From: an uncultured Gemmatimonadaceae bacterium
GTDB lineage: Bacteria; Gemmatimonadota; Gemmatimonadetes; Gemmatimonadales; Gemmatimonadaceae
Direction of reading: 5' to 3'
DNA: 64,000 nucleotides
NCBI GenBank assembly: GCA_963740355.1
Contig: CAVUDW010000002.1
Span: forward strand, 1,152,001 to 1,216,000
The notes under the pieces were generated by a model that was not told the DNA's origin, did not search any database, and was given only the letters and a program-made list of their open reading frames with translations. How positions within the stretch are numbered: the first letter of the stretch is position 1; the number at the start of each line of letters is the position of its first letter. Positions 39,331 to 49,385 of the stretch are shown here, piece by piece. The position numbers and the translations under genes were made by a program.

Positions 39331-41748
39331 ATGGCCCTCCGTTTCACTCGTCCTGGTCGCTTCCTGCTGCTGGCCTGCTGCGCCGCTGGTGCGCTGTCGG
39401 CGCAGCAGCCGGCGGCGCGACTTCGGCTGAGCGGCTACGTTCGGAGCCTCGCCAGTCGCGAGGTGGTGCGACGCGCTGAGATCAGCGTCGACGGCGACCT
39501 GTCGCGCGTCGAGAGCAACGACGACGGCTTCTATTCGCTCCTGCTGGCCAGCGGCCGGCATCGGATCCGCATCCGCGCCATCGGGTTCGTGCCGCTCGAC
39601 ACGACGGTGATGATCAGTGCCGTCACCGCACACGACTTCCTGCTTGCGACGCGCAAGGTCACGCTCGCATCCGTCACGGTCGCGGCCGATGGTGACGGTG
39701 ATCGCCCCGACCTCGATCCGCGCACGCCGGACATGAGTGTGGTGCGGCTCGACCTGGCGGCGATGAAGCTGCTGCCGCCCGTGCTTGGTGAGCCCGATCC
39801 TATTCGCAGCCTGACACTGTTGCCGGGCGTGTCGCTCTCCAGTGACGCATCAACCGCCTTCAGCGTGCGCGGTGGCGCCGCCGACCAGAATCTCTTCCTG
39901 CTCGACGAGGCGACGATCTACAACCCGAGTCACATCCTCGGCTTCCTGTCGACCTTCAACAGCGATGCCGTGGACAATGTGATGCTCTACAAGGGGGCCA
40001 TCCCGCCGCGGTTCGGTGGGCGCCTGTCGTCGGTCGTGGATGTTCGCCAGCGCGAAGGCAATGCCAACGAGTTCGTCGGCTCGGCTGCCATCGGGCTGCT
40101 GGCGAGTCGGCTGGCTTTGGAAGGGCCGCTGCCGCGTGGCCTTCGCGGTTCGTACATGTTCGCCGCGCGCCGATCCTACGCCGACCTCTTCACCCGCTTC
40201 TCGAGTGACTCGAGTGTGCGCGATGCGAAGGCCTATTTCTACGACATCAACGCGAAAACGAACCTGCGACTGGGCCAGAGCGGTGCCCTGCTGTTGTCGG
40301 GCTATCTGGGGCGCGATCGTTTTGCGCCGAACGCGGAACTGGGCGCTGGGTGGGGGAACAAGGCCGCCACCGTGCGGTGGAACCAGGCGATTGCAGGGCG
40401 CCTGTTTTCGAAGGTCACGACGTCATGGGGCGACTACGACTATCGCCTCGACCTGGCCATCGCCCCGCGCGACTCCGTGGCCTGGCGATCGCGCATCCGC
40501 AGCCTCGACGTGAAGGTCGATGAAACGTTGTACCTGTCGGCGAACAACTCCATCGAATTCGGCGTGCAGTACACCGACCAGGAGTTTCGTCCCGGCACCG
40601 TCGAGCCCCGCTCGGCATCGCAGACATTCCATCGCCGCGAAGTCTCACCCCGTTTCGGCATCTCGCCGGCTGTCTACATCGGGCAGGAACTCACGGTCGG
40701 CCCGCGCGTCGCGCTGCACTATGGGCTACGGTATGCGGGCTTCGTGCGGCGCGGCGGCGCCACGATCTACGAGTACCGCGACAACGCGCCGGTAGTCTAC
40801 AACGCAGCGCTCGCGCGTTATGAGCCGGGCACCTTGCTCGACAGCACCGTGTACCGCTCCGGTGCCACGGTGGAGTCATTCCGCGGGTTCGAACCGCGGT
40901 TGTCGGGACGCGTGCTGCTCACGGAGACGTCGAGCCTGAAGGCCAGCTATGCGCGAACGCAGCAGTTCCTGTTGCTGGCATCGAAGACGAATTCCATCAG
41001 CCCACTCGACGTCTGGGAACCGGTCGGTCCGTATGTGAAGCCGCAGGTCGCCGATCAGTACGCCGTTGGATTCAGTCGAGCGGGCACTGCGTGGGAGCTG
41101 TCGATGGAGGCGTACTGGAAGAAGGCGAAGAACGTCGTCGACTTCATCGATGGAGCGGACGTGGTGCTCAATCCGCGAATCGAGACACTGCTCGTGCAAG
41201 GCGAGGGGCGCGCATATGGCGTGGAGCTGCTGGCGCGCAGGTCGACAGGTCTCGTGACGGGGTGGATCAGTTACACCCTGGGCCGCTCCGAGCAGCGGTT
41301 CCCTGTGCCCGCACGATCAGGCGCAGTCTCTGGTGGCGGGATCAATGGAGGCCGGTACTACGCGAGTCCTTTCGACAAGACACACAACCTGTCGGTCGTG
41401 GCGCTCCGACCGTTGGGTCCGAAATGGACGCTGGGCGGCACGTTCTCTCTTGCCAGCGGACTGCCGGCCACCTTCCCGGTGGCGCGCTACCTGATCGATG
41501 GCCTGCTGGTCACCGAATATGGGGCACGCAATTCATCGCGCCTGCCGGTGTATCACCGTCTCGACCTGAGCGCGACGCGTACGTTCTCGCGCGGTGAGCT
41601 GCAGCTGGGCGTGTTGAATGCCTACAACCGGTTCAACGCGCAGGCCCTGCGTTTTCGGCAACAGGTGGCCAACCCGTTGGTCGCCGAGGCCGTGCAGACC
41701 GCAATTTTCGGCATCGTGCCGAGTATCACATACGTCTTCCATTTCTGA
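39331..41748 (+). CDS. TonB-dependent receptor with N-terminal carboxypeptidase-regulatory-like domain
   Basis: Plug motif LPGV..VRGG..DQNL.LLD, YGGRLS-like FGGRLSSV, YHRLDL, C-terminal F. Confidence 0.88.
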   Translation: MALRFTRPGRFLLLACCAAGALSAQQPAARLRLSGYVRSLASREVVRRAEISVDGDLSRVESNDDGFYSLLLASGRHRIRIRAIGFVPLDTTVMISAVTAHDFLLATRKVTLASVTVAADGDGDRPDLDPRTPDMSVVRLDLAAMKLLPPVLGEPDPIRSLTLLPGVSLSSDASTAFSVRGGAADQNLFLLDEATIYNPSHILGFLSTFNSDAVDNVMLYKGAIPPRFGGRLSSVVDVRQREGNANEFVGSAAIGLLASRLALEGPLPRGLRGSYMFAARRSYADLFTRFSSDSSVRDAKAYFYDINAKTNLRLGQSGALLLSGYLGRDRFAPNAELGAGWGNKAATVRWNQAIAGRLFSKVTTSWGDYDYRLDLAIAPRDSVAWRSRIRSLDVKVDETLYLSANNSIEFGVQYTDQEFRPGTVEPRSASQTFHRREVSPRFGISPAVYIGQELTVGPRVALHYGLRYAGFVRRGGATIYEYRDNAPVVYNAALARYEPGTLLDSTVYRSGATVESFRGFEPRLSGRVLLTETSSLKASYARTQQFLLLASKTNSISPLDVWEPVGPYVKPQVADQYAVGFSRAGTAWELSMEAYWKKAKNVVDFIDGADVVLNPRIETLLVQGEGRAYGVELLARRSTGLVTGWISYTLGRSEQRFPVPARSGAVSGGGINGGRYYASPFDKTHNLSVVALRPLGPKWTLGGTFSLASGLPATFPVARYLIDGLLVTEYGARNSSRLPVYHRLDLSATRTFSRGELQLGVLNAYNRFNAQALRFRQQVANPLVAEAVQTAIFGIVPSITYVFHF

Positions 41749-41750
41749 CG

Positions 41751-42606
41751 ATGCGTCGCCTGCGTCCACTGCTACTCATCTGCGCGATCCTGCTCAGTGC
41801 GTGCGAGCGCGTGGTGAGCCTCACGGTGCCGGAATCGGAACCGCGCCTGGTGGTGGAGGCGCGCCTCGAGCGGGTGCGCAATGCGGTGAGCGGCCGGCAA
41901 CGCGTGAAGTTGACGACCACTGGCAGCTACTTCAGTGTCGCGTCACCGGCGCCGGTACGTGGTGCCGTGGTTCGGGTGGCAGACGACTCCGGTCGCGTGG
42001 TGACGTTTGCGGAATCGGCGACGGAGCCAGGTGTGTATCTGTCCACGTTCTTCGTGATCACCGTCGGCCGCACCTATACGTTGCGGATCACGCACGACGG
42101 CGATGAGTATGCGTCCACCGAGACCGCGCTGGGCGGGGTGCCGATCGACTCGGTGTATTTTCGCGAGCGCACCGTGGCGGTGGGGCCGGTGGATGGCTTG
42201 CGCGCGACGATCGCCCTCAGGGATCCCGTCGGCGTGAAGAATTTCTATCTCTGGGACCAGTTCGTGGATGGCCGGCGGTTGGTGTCGCCCGACAGCGAGT
42301 CATACTCGCGTGTGGTGGCGTCCGATGACTTTCGTGACGGCACGCGGATCAGGGATTTCCAACCATACGCCGGCATCGTGGTGCGGCCAGGGGCAGGAGG
42401 TGCTGGTGCGTCAGGTGTCGATTTCCGAGCCCGCGTATCAGTTCTATCGCGCGTTGTCGGAACAGTCGCTCAACGATGGCTCGCCGTTCGGCGTTCAGCC
42501 CGCGAACCTTCGTGGAAATGTGGCAAATCTCACCTCGCCGTCGAGATATGCACTCGGCTATTTCATCGTCGCAGAAGTGACCGAGGCGGCGGGAATCGTA
42601 CTGTAG
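41751..42606 (+). CDS. DUF4249-like lipoprotein with one apparent +1 frameshift in the G run at 42390-42393
   Basis: LSAC lipobox; the C-terminus continues in another frame as ...QPANLRGNV...ALGYF; 284 aa when repaired. Confidence 0.7.
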
Positions 42607-42880
42607 CGGTCGATGCGCTAAGTGTTTCCTCATCAAACACTTATGCCATCCGCAGGCCCGCGTGCCGGGTGACCCGGGCGAGGGTCATTCGTCTGCTTGA
42701 TTGGCGGATCTGCACATCCGAAGTTCCTCCATCTCGATCGTGGTACGCGTCTTGCTCAGGGAGGGTTCTGGGCTTTCTCGCGTGATCGACGTGGATGACG
42801 CGGCGCCACCCAATTTCGATGCACCAACGGCTCCGTATGTAGTCCACGACGTTCGCAGTACGCACGCCTCCCACGTGAGG

Positions 42881-42980
42881 CCGCGACAAAGGCATAGCCG
42901 GTGAAAACCGGCGACGCAAAGCTACGAGGCTAATGCAGTGCGACAAGTCGGTCGCGTGTTATGCCAGTCGGGCTACCCGG
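42881..42980 (+). ncRNA. Cyclic di-GMP-I (GEMM-I) riboswitch
   Basis: GGCATA-GCCGGT-GAAA-ACCGGC-GACGCAAAGC...GGCTAA...TATGCCAG...GCTACC: GNRA-capped P2, conserved GACGCAAAGC core and TAA/ATG tetraloop receptor, directly upstream of a CDS. Confidence 0.85.
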
Positions 42981-43006
42981 TTAAGCAAATACTCATCGGA
43001 GAAGGC

Positions 43007-44482
43007 ATGCATACGCACCGGAAGATTTTTGCGGCGGCGCTCGTCGCGCTCGCGGCGGTCACGACGGGCTGTTCCGACAAGAGCGCGGACGCCACCAGCG
43101 AGCCACAGCTCGCCATCTCACGCCTTGCCGGCGTGAGCGTCTCGCCAGCCCTCGATACAGTGGCCGTGGGCAGCACCGCACAGCTCAAGGCAACGGCGCG
43201 CGATCGACGCGGTCGCACTATCAGCGGCGCGGTGATCACATGGTCAACCGCGACGCCTGGTGTCGCCACAGTTTCCTCCACGGGTTTGGTGAAGGGTGTC
43301 GCGGCCGGTACGGTCAAGATCACCGCCATCTACGGCAGCTACACCTCGAGCGCGCAGCTGCTTGTGACGGGTGCGGTGACGGTCGACACCTTGCCGACGC
43401 CGGTTCCTGTCCCGACGCCGACGCCAACCACCGGTCGCTGGGTCTCCGGCTATTACATCGGATACCAGCGCAGCCTGTACCCGGAAACGGCGATCGACTT
43501 CTCCCTCATGACGCACATCCTCGTCGGCGCGATCCAGACGTCGCCCACGGGTGTGATCAACACCGACTTCTACATCGATGCGGTCAACGGACCGGCGATG
43601 GCGAAGACGATCGCGACCCGCGCGCATGCCGCCGGTCGGAAGGCGATCCTGATGCTCGGCGGCGACGGTGCCCGCGCCAACCTGCTGTCCGCCACCTCGT
43701 CCGCCAACATGTCGACGTTCGTGACGAATCTCATCACGACGATGAACACGCTCGGCTACGATGGCATCGATGTCGACTGGGAGCCGATCGCCGTCTCCGA
43801 CCAGCCGCAGCTGCTCGACCTGTTGAAGCGCCTGAAGGCCGCGAAGCCGAACATCATCCTCACCGTGCCGTTGCCGTGGGCTCCGCCCGTCAGCAGCTGG
43901 TATGCACAGATGGCTGCCGTGGTGGACCAGGTCAACATCATGTCGTACGGCATGGCTGGAAACTGGGGTGGTTGGGACAGCTGGCACGGTGCCGCGCTCC
44001 GTGGTGAAACTGCCACGCGCCCGACGTCCGTCTCGAAGGCTGTGAGCATGTATACCGCGGTCGGCGTGCCGGCCGCCAAGATCGGTGTGGGCATCGGCTT
44101 CTACGGCTCGTGCTGGCGTGGCGTGAACACCATGGGTGTGCCGCTCGTCTCGGGTGCCGACGTCTATGCAGGCGACAACTCGATGAGCTACACGAACATC
44201 ATGAACAGCTACTACTCATCGGCAGCGTACAAGTGGGATGCCACGGCGAGCGCGGGTTACCTCTCGTTCGCGAGTGCCACGGGTCCGCAGTCGTGCAACA
44301 TGGTGTCGTACGAGGACGTGCAGTCGATCACGGCGAAGGGAGCCTACGTGAAGAGCGCCGGCCTCGGTGGCGCGATTCTCTGGACGATCAACCAGGCCTA
44401 TTTCCCGAACGCTGCGCTTGGGTCACGTGATCCGCTCGATGAAGGCGGCCTACACCTCGATCGTCCCCTGAACCATCGATAG
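43007..44482 (+). CDS. GH18 chitinase-like lipoprotein with Ig-like (Big_2) domain and Pro/Thr linker
   Basis: TTGC lipobox; WS...VATV...G.V Ig motif; DGIDVDWE catalytic motif; NIMSY; GGAILW. The true stop may be 44471 if an extra base lies near 44448. Confidence 0.88.
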   Translation: MHTHRKIFAAALVALAAVTTGCSDKSADATSEPQLAISRLAGVSVSPALDTVAVGSTAQLKATARDRRGRTISGAVITWSTATPGVATVSSTGLVKGVAAGTVKITAIYGSYTSSAQLLVTGAVTVDTLPTPVPVPTPTPTTGRWVSGYYIGYQRSLYPETAIDFSLMTHILVGAIQTSPTGVINTDFYIDAVNGPAMAKTIATRAHAAGRKAILMLGGDGARANLLSATSSANMSTFVTNLITTMNTLGYDGIDVDWEPIAVSDQPQLLDLLKRLKAAKPNIILTVPLPWAPPVSSWYAQMAAVVDQVNIMSYGMAGNWGGWDSWHGAALRGETATRPTSVSKAVSMYTAVGVPAAKIGVGIGFYGSCWRGVNTMGVPLVSGADVYAGDNSMSYTNIMNSYYSSAAYKWDATASAGYLSFASATGPQSCNMVSYEDVQSITAKGAYVKSAGLGGAILWTINQAYFPNAALGSRDPLDEGGLHLDRPLNHR

Positions 44483-44501
44483 GGTCGAAGTGGCTGGAAC
44501 G

Positions 44502-44538
44502 AGCGGGGCGCCGAGAAGATCGGCGCCCCGCTTTTTTT
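44502..44538 (+). terminator. Intrinsic terminator after the GH18 gene
   Basis: AGCGGGGCGCCGA-GAAGA-TCGGCGCCCCGCT followed by a T run. Confidence 0.9.
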
Positions 44539-44642
44539 GTGCGACGGGCCAGTTTTGCCGATGAGGCCTCGCGCCCCGTCGCTTCAGGTAAGAGTTTAGG
44601 GAGGCTACTCCCAGGCCCTCAACTCGTCCCGGACTTCCTGAC

Positions 44643-47600
44643 ATGCGGCTCGTTCGCCTGAACCTCGCTCCCACCGTTTGGCTGACCGCGGCGGTGTTGA
44701 TTGCGGTTTCTCACGCTTCTGCCCAGCGCGCGGGCACCGGTGCCCCGCGTACGGCCGCGGCGCCGGCCTACGACCCGAGCCTCTACTCGTCGCCCACGGC
44801 CACCAGCGGGGCCCTGAAGGCGCTGCGCTGGCGCAATGTCGGCCCCACCCGCGGTGGTCGCGCGAACGCAGTGGTGGGTGATCCAACAAAACCGTTCGTC
44901 TTCTACTTCGGTGGCGTCAATGGCGGCATCTGGCGGACGGCGAACGCTGGACAGACGTGGCAGAACATCACCGACGGCAAGACTGACATCTCCTCGGTTG
45001 GCGCGCTCGCGATCGCACCCTCCGATCCCAATGTGATCTACGCGGGCACCGGTGAATCGCAGCTCCGTGAGGACCTCACCTTCGGCACCGGCATCTATCG
45101 CTCGACCGACGCAGGCACGACCTGGCAGAAGCTCGGCCTCTCCGACTCGCACCAGATCGCGGACATCGTCGTCGATCCGCGCGATCCGGATCGCGTGATG
45201 GTCGCCGTGATGGGGCACGCCTTCGGCCCGAATGCCGAACGTGGTGTGTTCCGCACGCTCGACGGCGGCAAGTCGTGGAAGAAGGTGCTCTTCATCAACG
45301 ACTCGACCGGCGCCAATGATCTGTCGATCGATCCGTCGAATCCCCGGATCATGTACGCATCCATGTACAAGTTCCAGCGCACGCCGTGGTCGATGATCTC
45401 GGGCGGTGGTCGCAGCGGCATCTGGAAGACCGTCGATGGTGGTGACACGTGGACCGAACTGACGTTCCGCCCCGGGATTCCGTCCACGCCGCTGGGCAAG
45501 ATCGGCATCGACGTCTCGCCGGCGAACCCGAATCGGCTCTACGCCAGTATCGAGGCGCCTGATTCCTCGGGTGGCATCTTCCGCTCGGATGATGCCGGTG
45601 AATCGTGGGAGCGCATGAACACCGACGCGCGGTTCTGGGTGCGCGCCTGGTACTACTCGCAGGTCACCGCCGATCCGCTGAACGAGAACACCGTATACGT
45701 CATGAACCTCGGCGTGTATCGATCGATCGATGGCGGCAAGTCGTTCTCGCGCCTGCGGGTGCCACACGGCGACACCCATGCCATGTGGATCGATCCGAAG
45801 GACAGCAAGCGGATGATCAACTCGAATGACGGCGGCGGTACCATTTCGCTCGATGGTGGCACGACCTGGTCGAGCATCTACAATCAGCCGACGGCGCAGT
45901 TCTATCACGTCACCACCGACAACCAGTTCCCCTATCGCATCTACGGCGCGCAGCAGGACAACAGCGCCATCTCGATCGCCAGCCGCTCCGACGACGGCGT
46001 GATCGGTGAGCGCGACTACTACAGCGTGGCAGGCTGTGAAAATGCGACCGTTGCCGTCGACCCGCGCAATCCGCTGATCACCTACGGCGGCTGCTACATG
46101 GGGGCGTTCTCGCGGTATGATCACGGCCGCCGCCAGGAACGCGATATCTCGGTGGGCTTGCGCAACTACGATGGCTGGGCCGCTGGAGACGTGCCGGAAC
46201 GCTTCCAGTGGACGTTCCCGGTGCTCGTCTCGCCGCACGATCCGCAAACGCTCTACGTCACCTCGCAGCACGTCTGGCGCACCCGCAACGAAGGGGCGAG
46301 CTGGGAGAAGATCTCGCCTGATCTCACCACGCATGATCCCGCCACGCTGAAGCGCACCGGCGGGCCAATCCACGGCGAGATGACCGGCGCCGAGTGGTAC
46401 GCCACGATCTATGCGTTCGCCGAATCGCCAAAGGTGAAGGGTGTGTTGTGGGCAGGGTCGGACGACGGCATGCTGAGCGTCTCGAAGGACGGTGGCGCGA
46501 CGTGGCAGAACGTGACACCGCCCGGCTACGGCAAGCTCACGCGCACCGCGCACATCGATCCGTCACCGCATGATCCCGCGGTGGTGTATGTGGCCGCGAA
46601 TCGGTATCAGCAGGACGACTTTGCGCCGTATCTCTGGAAGAGTGCCGACTACGGCAAGACCTGGACGAAGATCGTGACCGGGATTCCGTCGAACGCCTTC
46701 ACACGGGTGGTGCGTGAGGATCCGGTTCGCCGCGGATTGCTGTACGCAGGCACCGAGTACGGTGTGTGGGTGAGCATGGACGACGGTGGGTCGTGGCAGC
46801 CGATGCAGCTCAACCTGCCGCGCGTCAGCGTGCGTGACCTGACGGTGCATGGCAACGACCTGATCGCCGCGACGCATGGGCGTGCGTTCTGGGTGATCGA
46901 TGATCTGTCACCATTGCGTGGCTTGACGGATGCGGTGATGAAGACGCCGGTGCACCTCTTCCAGCCCGCGACGGCGATCCTGTGGGATGGTTATGGATGG
47001 CAGCGTGATGGTGCGGCGGGTGAAAATCCACCGCCGGGCGCACTGGTCGACTATTGGCTGAAGGAGAAGCCTGCCGCCGGCACGGCCGTGACGGTGCAAT
47101 TCCTCGATGCCAAGGGCGCGATCATTCGCAGCTTTGCGGCTGACAACGCGGCCGACACGTCGCGTGCAGCCGGTGACTCGATCGCTGCGAGGAAGGTGGT
47201 GACCGACAGCCTGTCGTATTACGCGGCCGACTCCATTCTTCGCATCAAGGCCGGGACGAATCGCTTCGTCTGGAACCTGCGATATCCCGATGCGCGTGAA
47301 CTGCGCAATACCGTCATCGACGAAGGGAGCCTCAGTGGTCCCAAGGTGCCGCCAGGCACGTATACCGTGCGATTGATCGTCGGCAAGGATTCGTCGAGCC
47401 GGCAGTTCGCCGTTGTTGCCGATCCGCGGTCGACATCCACCACCGCTGACCTGACGCAGCAGTTCGAGACGGCGCAGCGTGTGCGCGCTCGCCTCAATGA
47501 ACTGGTGGAGCGCGTCGAGCGGCTCGAGGACCTGCAGTCACAGCTCGATGCGCGTGTCTCGCAGACCAAGGGGCAGGCGTACGCGGCGCAGGTTGCGGAT

Positions 47601-47921
47601 GCCGCCAAGGCGGCGCGAGCCAAGCTCGAGGTGGTGCGCTCCGAGCTGTACGAAACGGCGTGTCATGTCGACCAGTGCACACTCGATCAGCCAGTCCGCT
47701 TGTACAACTGGTTCATCACGCTCAACTCGCAGGTCCAGACTGGCGCCTACGCGCCGACGCAGCAGCACGGCGACATCCTCACCGACCTCTCGGGCAAGCT
47801 GGACGTCCAGTTGAAGGCGCTGGAACGGATCGAGCAGGATGACATCGCAAAATTCAATGCGATGCTGCAGGGCCTGGGCATCCCGAGTGTGTTCGTGAAG
47901 CCGAAGCCGCCGATCAGCTGA
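44643..47921 (+). CDS. Secreted VPS10/BNR Asp-box beta-propeller protein (glycosyl hydrolase-like)
   Basis: WRNVGP..GGR; many S/T-x-D-x-G-x-T/S-W Asp boxes; ATHGRAFW; C-terminal coiled region. Confidence 0.85.
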   Translation: MRLVRLNLAPTVWLTAAVLIAVSHASAQRAGTGAPRTAAAPAYDPSLYSSPTATSGALKALRWRNVGPTRGGRANAVVGDPTKPFVFYFGGVNGGIWRTANAGQTWQNITDGKTDISSVGALAIAPSDPNVIYAGTGESQLREDLTFGTGIYRSTDAGTTWQKLGLSDSHQIADIVVDPRDPDRVMVAVMGHAFGPNAERGVFRTLDGGKSWKKVLFINDSTGANDLSIDPSNPRIMYASMYKFQRTPWSMISGGGRSGIWKTVDGGDTWTELTFRPGIPSTPLGKIGIDVSPANPNRLYASIEAPDSSGGIFRSDDAGESWERMNTDARFWVRAWYYSQVTADPLNENTVYVMNLGVYRSIDGGKSFSRLRVPHGDTHAMWIDPKDSKRMINSNDGGGTISLDGGTTWSSIYNQPTAQFYHVTTDNQFPYRIYGAQQDNSAISIASRSDDGVIGERDYYSVAGCENATVAVDPRNPLITYGGCYMGAFSRYDHGRRQERDISVGLRNYDGWAAGDVPERFQWTFPVLVSPHDPQTLYVTSQHVWRTRNEGASWEKISPDLTTHDPATLKRTGGPIHGEMTGAEWYATIYAFAESPKVKGVLWAGSDDGMLSVSKDGGATWQNVTPPGYGKLTRTAHIDPSPHDPAVVYVAANRYQQDDFAPYLWKSADYGKTWTKIVTGIPSNAFTRVVREDPVRRGLLYAGTEYGVWVSMDDGGSWQPMQLNLPRVSVRDLTVHGNDLIAATHGRAFWVIDDLSPLRGLTDAVMKTPVHLFQPATAILWDGYGWQRDGAAGENPPPGALVDYWLKEKPAAGTAVTVQFLDAKGAIIRSFAADNAADTSRAAGDSIAARKVVTDSLSYYAADSILRIKAGTNRFVWNLRYPDARELRNTVIDEGSLSGPKVPPGTYTVRLIVGKDSSSRQFAVVADPRSTSTTADLTQQFETAQRVRARLNELVERVERLEDLQSQLDARVSQTKGQAYAAQVADAAKAARAKLEVVRSELYETACHVDQCTLDQPVRLYNWFITLNSQVQTGAYAPTQQHGDILTDLSGKLDVQLKALERIEQDDIAKFNAMLQGLGIPSVFVKPKPPIS

Positions 47922-47947
47922 GCGAGCTGACGGTAAACGCGGGGCGG

Positions 47948-48529
47948 TCAGTGCGTGGCGCTGGCCGCATCCGGCATGCCGGCGAAGGCGAGATGACGAA
48001 ACATGCGGTCGACGTCGGCGGCGGGCAGCGGGGTTTCGCTGGTCATCCACCAGACGACCGTCGACCAGAGCGCACCGACGATGTACTCGGTGACCATCGC
48101 CACGGGCATCACGGCACCGTGGCGTGGCGCGTGTGCGGCCACGTCAGCCTGGGTCATCTCGCGCAGCATGCGGCGAATGAGCCTGCCGACCGTCACCTCA
48201 CCCCGCTTGCCGGCGGTCATGCGGTAGATCTGTGCGTGGCTCTCGAGGTGTTCGAAGAACGGCCGTGAAAAACCAAGTCGCTCGCTGGGGCGAGCGGCCG
48301 CTTCCCGCACCAGCCAGGCCCGCAGCCCTCCGATACTGGCCTCCAGCAATGCGTCCTTGCTGTCGAAGTGCGAGTAGAACGTGGCGCGCCCCACACCGCT
48401 CAGGTCGAGGATGTTCTGGATCGTGAGCCGCTCGTAGCCACGGTCCTGGATCAGCCGCACCAAGGACTCGAGCAGCAGCGCGCGCGTGCGCTGGATCCGG
48501 CGATCTGCCGTCTTTTCGGCGATGGGCAT
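47948..48529 (-). CDS. TetR/AcrR family transcriptional regulator
   Basis: DRRIQRTR, LTIQNI...VGRATFYSHFDSK HTH. Confidence 0.9.
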   Translation of the reverse strand: MPIAEKTADRRIQRTRALLLESLVRLIQDRGYERLTIQNILDLSGVGRATFYSHFDSKDALLEASIGGLRAWLVREAAARPSERLGFSRPFFEHLESHAQIYRMTAGKRGEVTVGRLIRRMLREMTQADVAAHAPRHGAVMPVAMVTEYIVGALWSTVVWWMTSETPLPAADVDRMFRHLAFAGMPDAASATH

Positions 48530-48539
48530 GGGTCGTTCC

Positions 48540-48593
48540 TGAACAGAAGTGATGCGGTTATTCGGAAACGAACAAGAATCCACAGGCTGTGCG
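48540..48593. promoter_or_regulatory. Two imperfect inverted repeats, candidate TetR operators
   Basis: TGAACA-N13-TATTCG (48540-48564) and CGAACA-N13-TGTGCG (48569-48593) between divergent tetR and ABC genes. Confidence 0.45.
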
Positions 48594-48653
48594 GGGATTC
48601 ATCGGTGCGCCTCAGTATGCTCGACTCCATGTCCCTCAACAAGGAGCAGAAGC

Positions 48654-49385
48654 GTGCTGCAAGGTTCACCGATCGGCCCGTTCGTCCGCCTGCGCGGCGT
48701 CTCGAAATCCTACGGCGTGGCCAGCGGTGCGGCACGGCAATTCGTGGCCCTGCATGCGATCTCGCTCGACATCGCGGCCGGTGAGTGTGTCGCCGTCGTG
48801 GGAAAATCGGGGAGCGGCAAGACGACGCTCATCAACCTGCTGACGGGGATCGACACGCCGTCCAGTGGCAGCATCGACATCGGACCCTACGCGGTGCACC
48901 AGCTCTCGCAGAACGAGCTGGCTGCGTGGCGTGGCAAACACGTCGGCATCGTGTTCCAGTTCTTCCAACTGCTGCCAACGCTGACGATTGCCGAAAACGT
49001 GATGTTGCCGATGGATTTCTGCAGCGCATTTCCTCGTCGGGAGCGACGGCCGCGGGCACTCGCACTCCTCGACCGCCTCGACATCATCGAGCAGGCCGAC
49101 AAGATCCCTGCCGATCTTTCTGGCGGGCAGCAGCAGCGCGCAGCGATTGCACGGGCGCTGGCAAACGATCCACCGCTGATCGTGGCCGATGAACCAACGG
49201 GCAACCTCGATTCGGCCACGTCTGATGACGTGATGTCGTTCCTTGCCAGCCTGGCGCGCGACGGAAAGACAGTGATCACCGTGTCGCACGAACGCGAGCT
49301 CGAGCGCTACTTCACGCGCACCATCAGCCTGCGCGATGGCCTCGTGGTCGAGGATACCGCTACGCCACTCGAGGTCACGCGATGA
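48654..49385 (+). CDS. ABC transporter ATP-binding protein (LolD/MacB type)
   Basis: [38 protein letters not shown] before GTG 48654. Confidence 0.92.
   Translation: MLQGSPIGPFVRLRGVSKSYGVASGAARQFVALHAISLDIAAGECVAVVGKSGSGKTTLINLLTGIDTPSSGSIDIGPYAVHQLSQNELAAWRGKHVGIVFQFFQLLPTLTIAENVMLPMDFCSAFPRRERRPRALALLDRLDIIEQADKIPADLSGGQQQRAAIARALANDPPLIVADEPTGNLDSATSDDVMSFLASLARDGKTVITVSHERELERYFTRTISLRDGLVVEDTATPLEVTR

Noticed and set aside
42607..42880. Unexplained region upstream of the riboswitch, with short ORFs
   Set aside because: No convincing RBS or protein-like sequence; probably promoter DNA
43390..43432. Repetitive CCGACG tract in the GH18 gene
   Set aside because: Encodes an ordinary Pro/Thr interdomain linker
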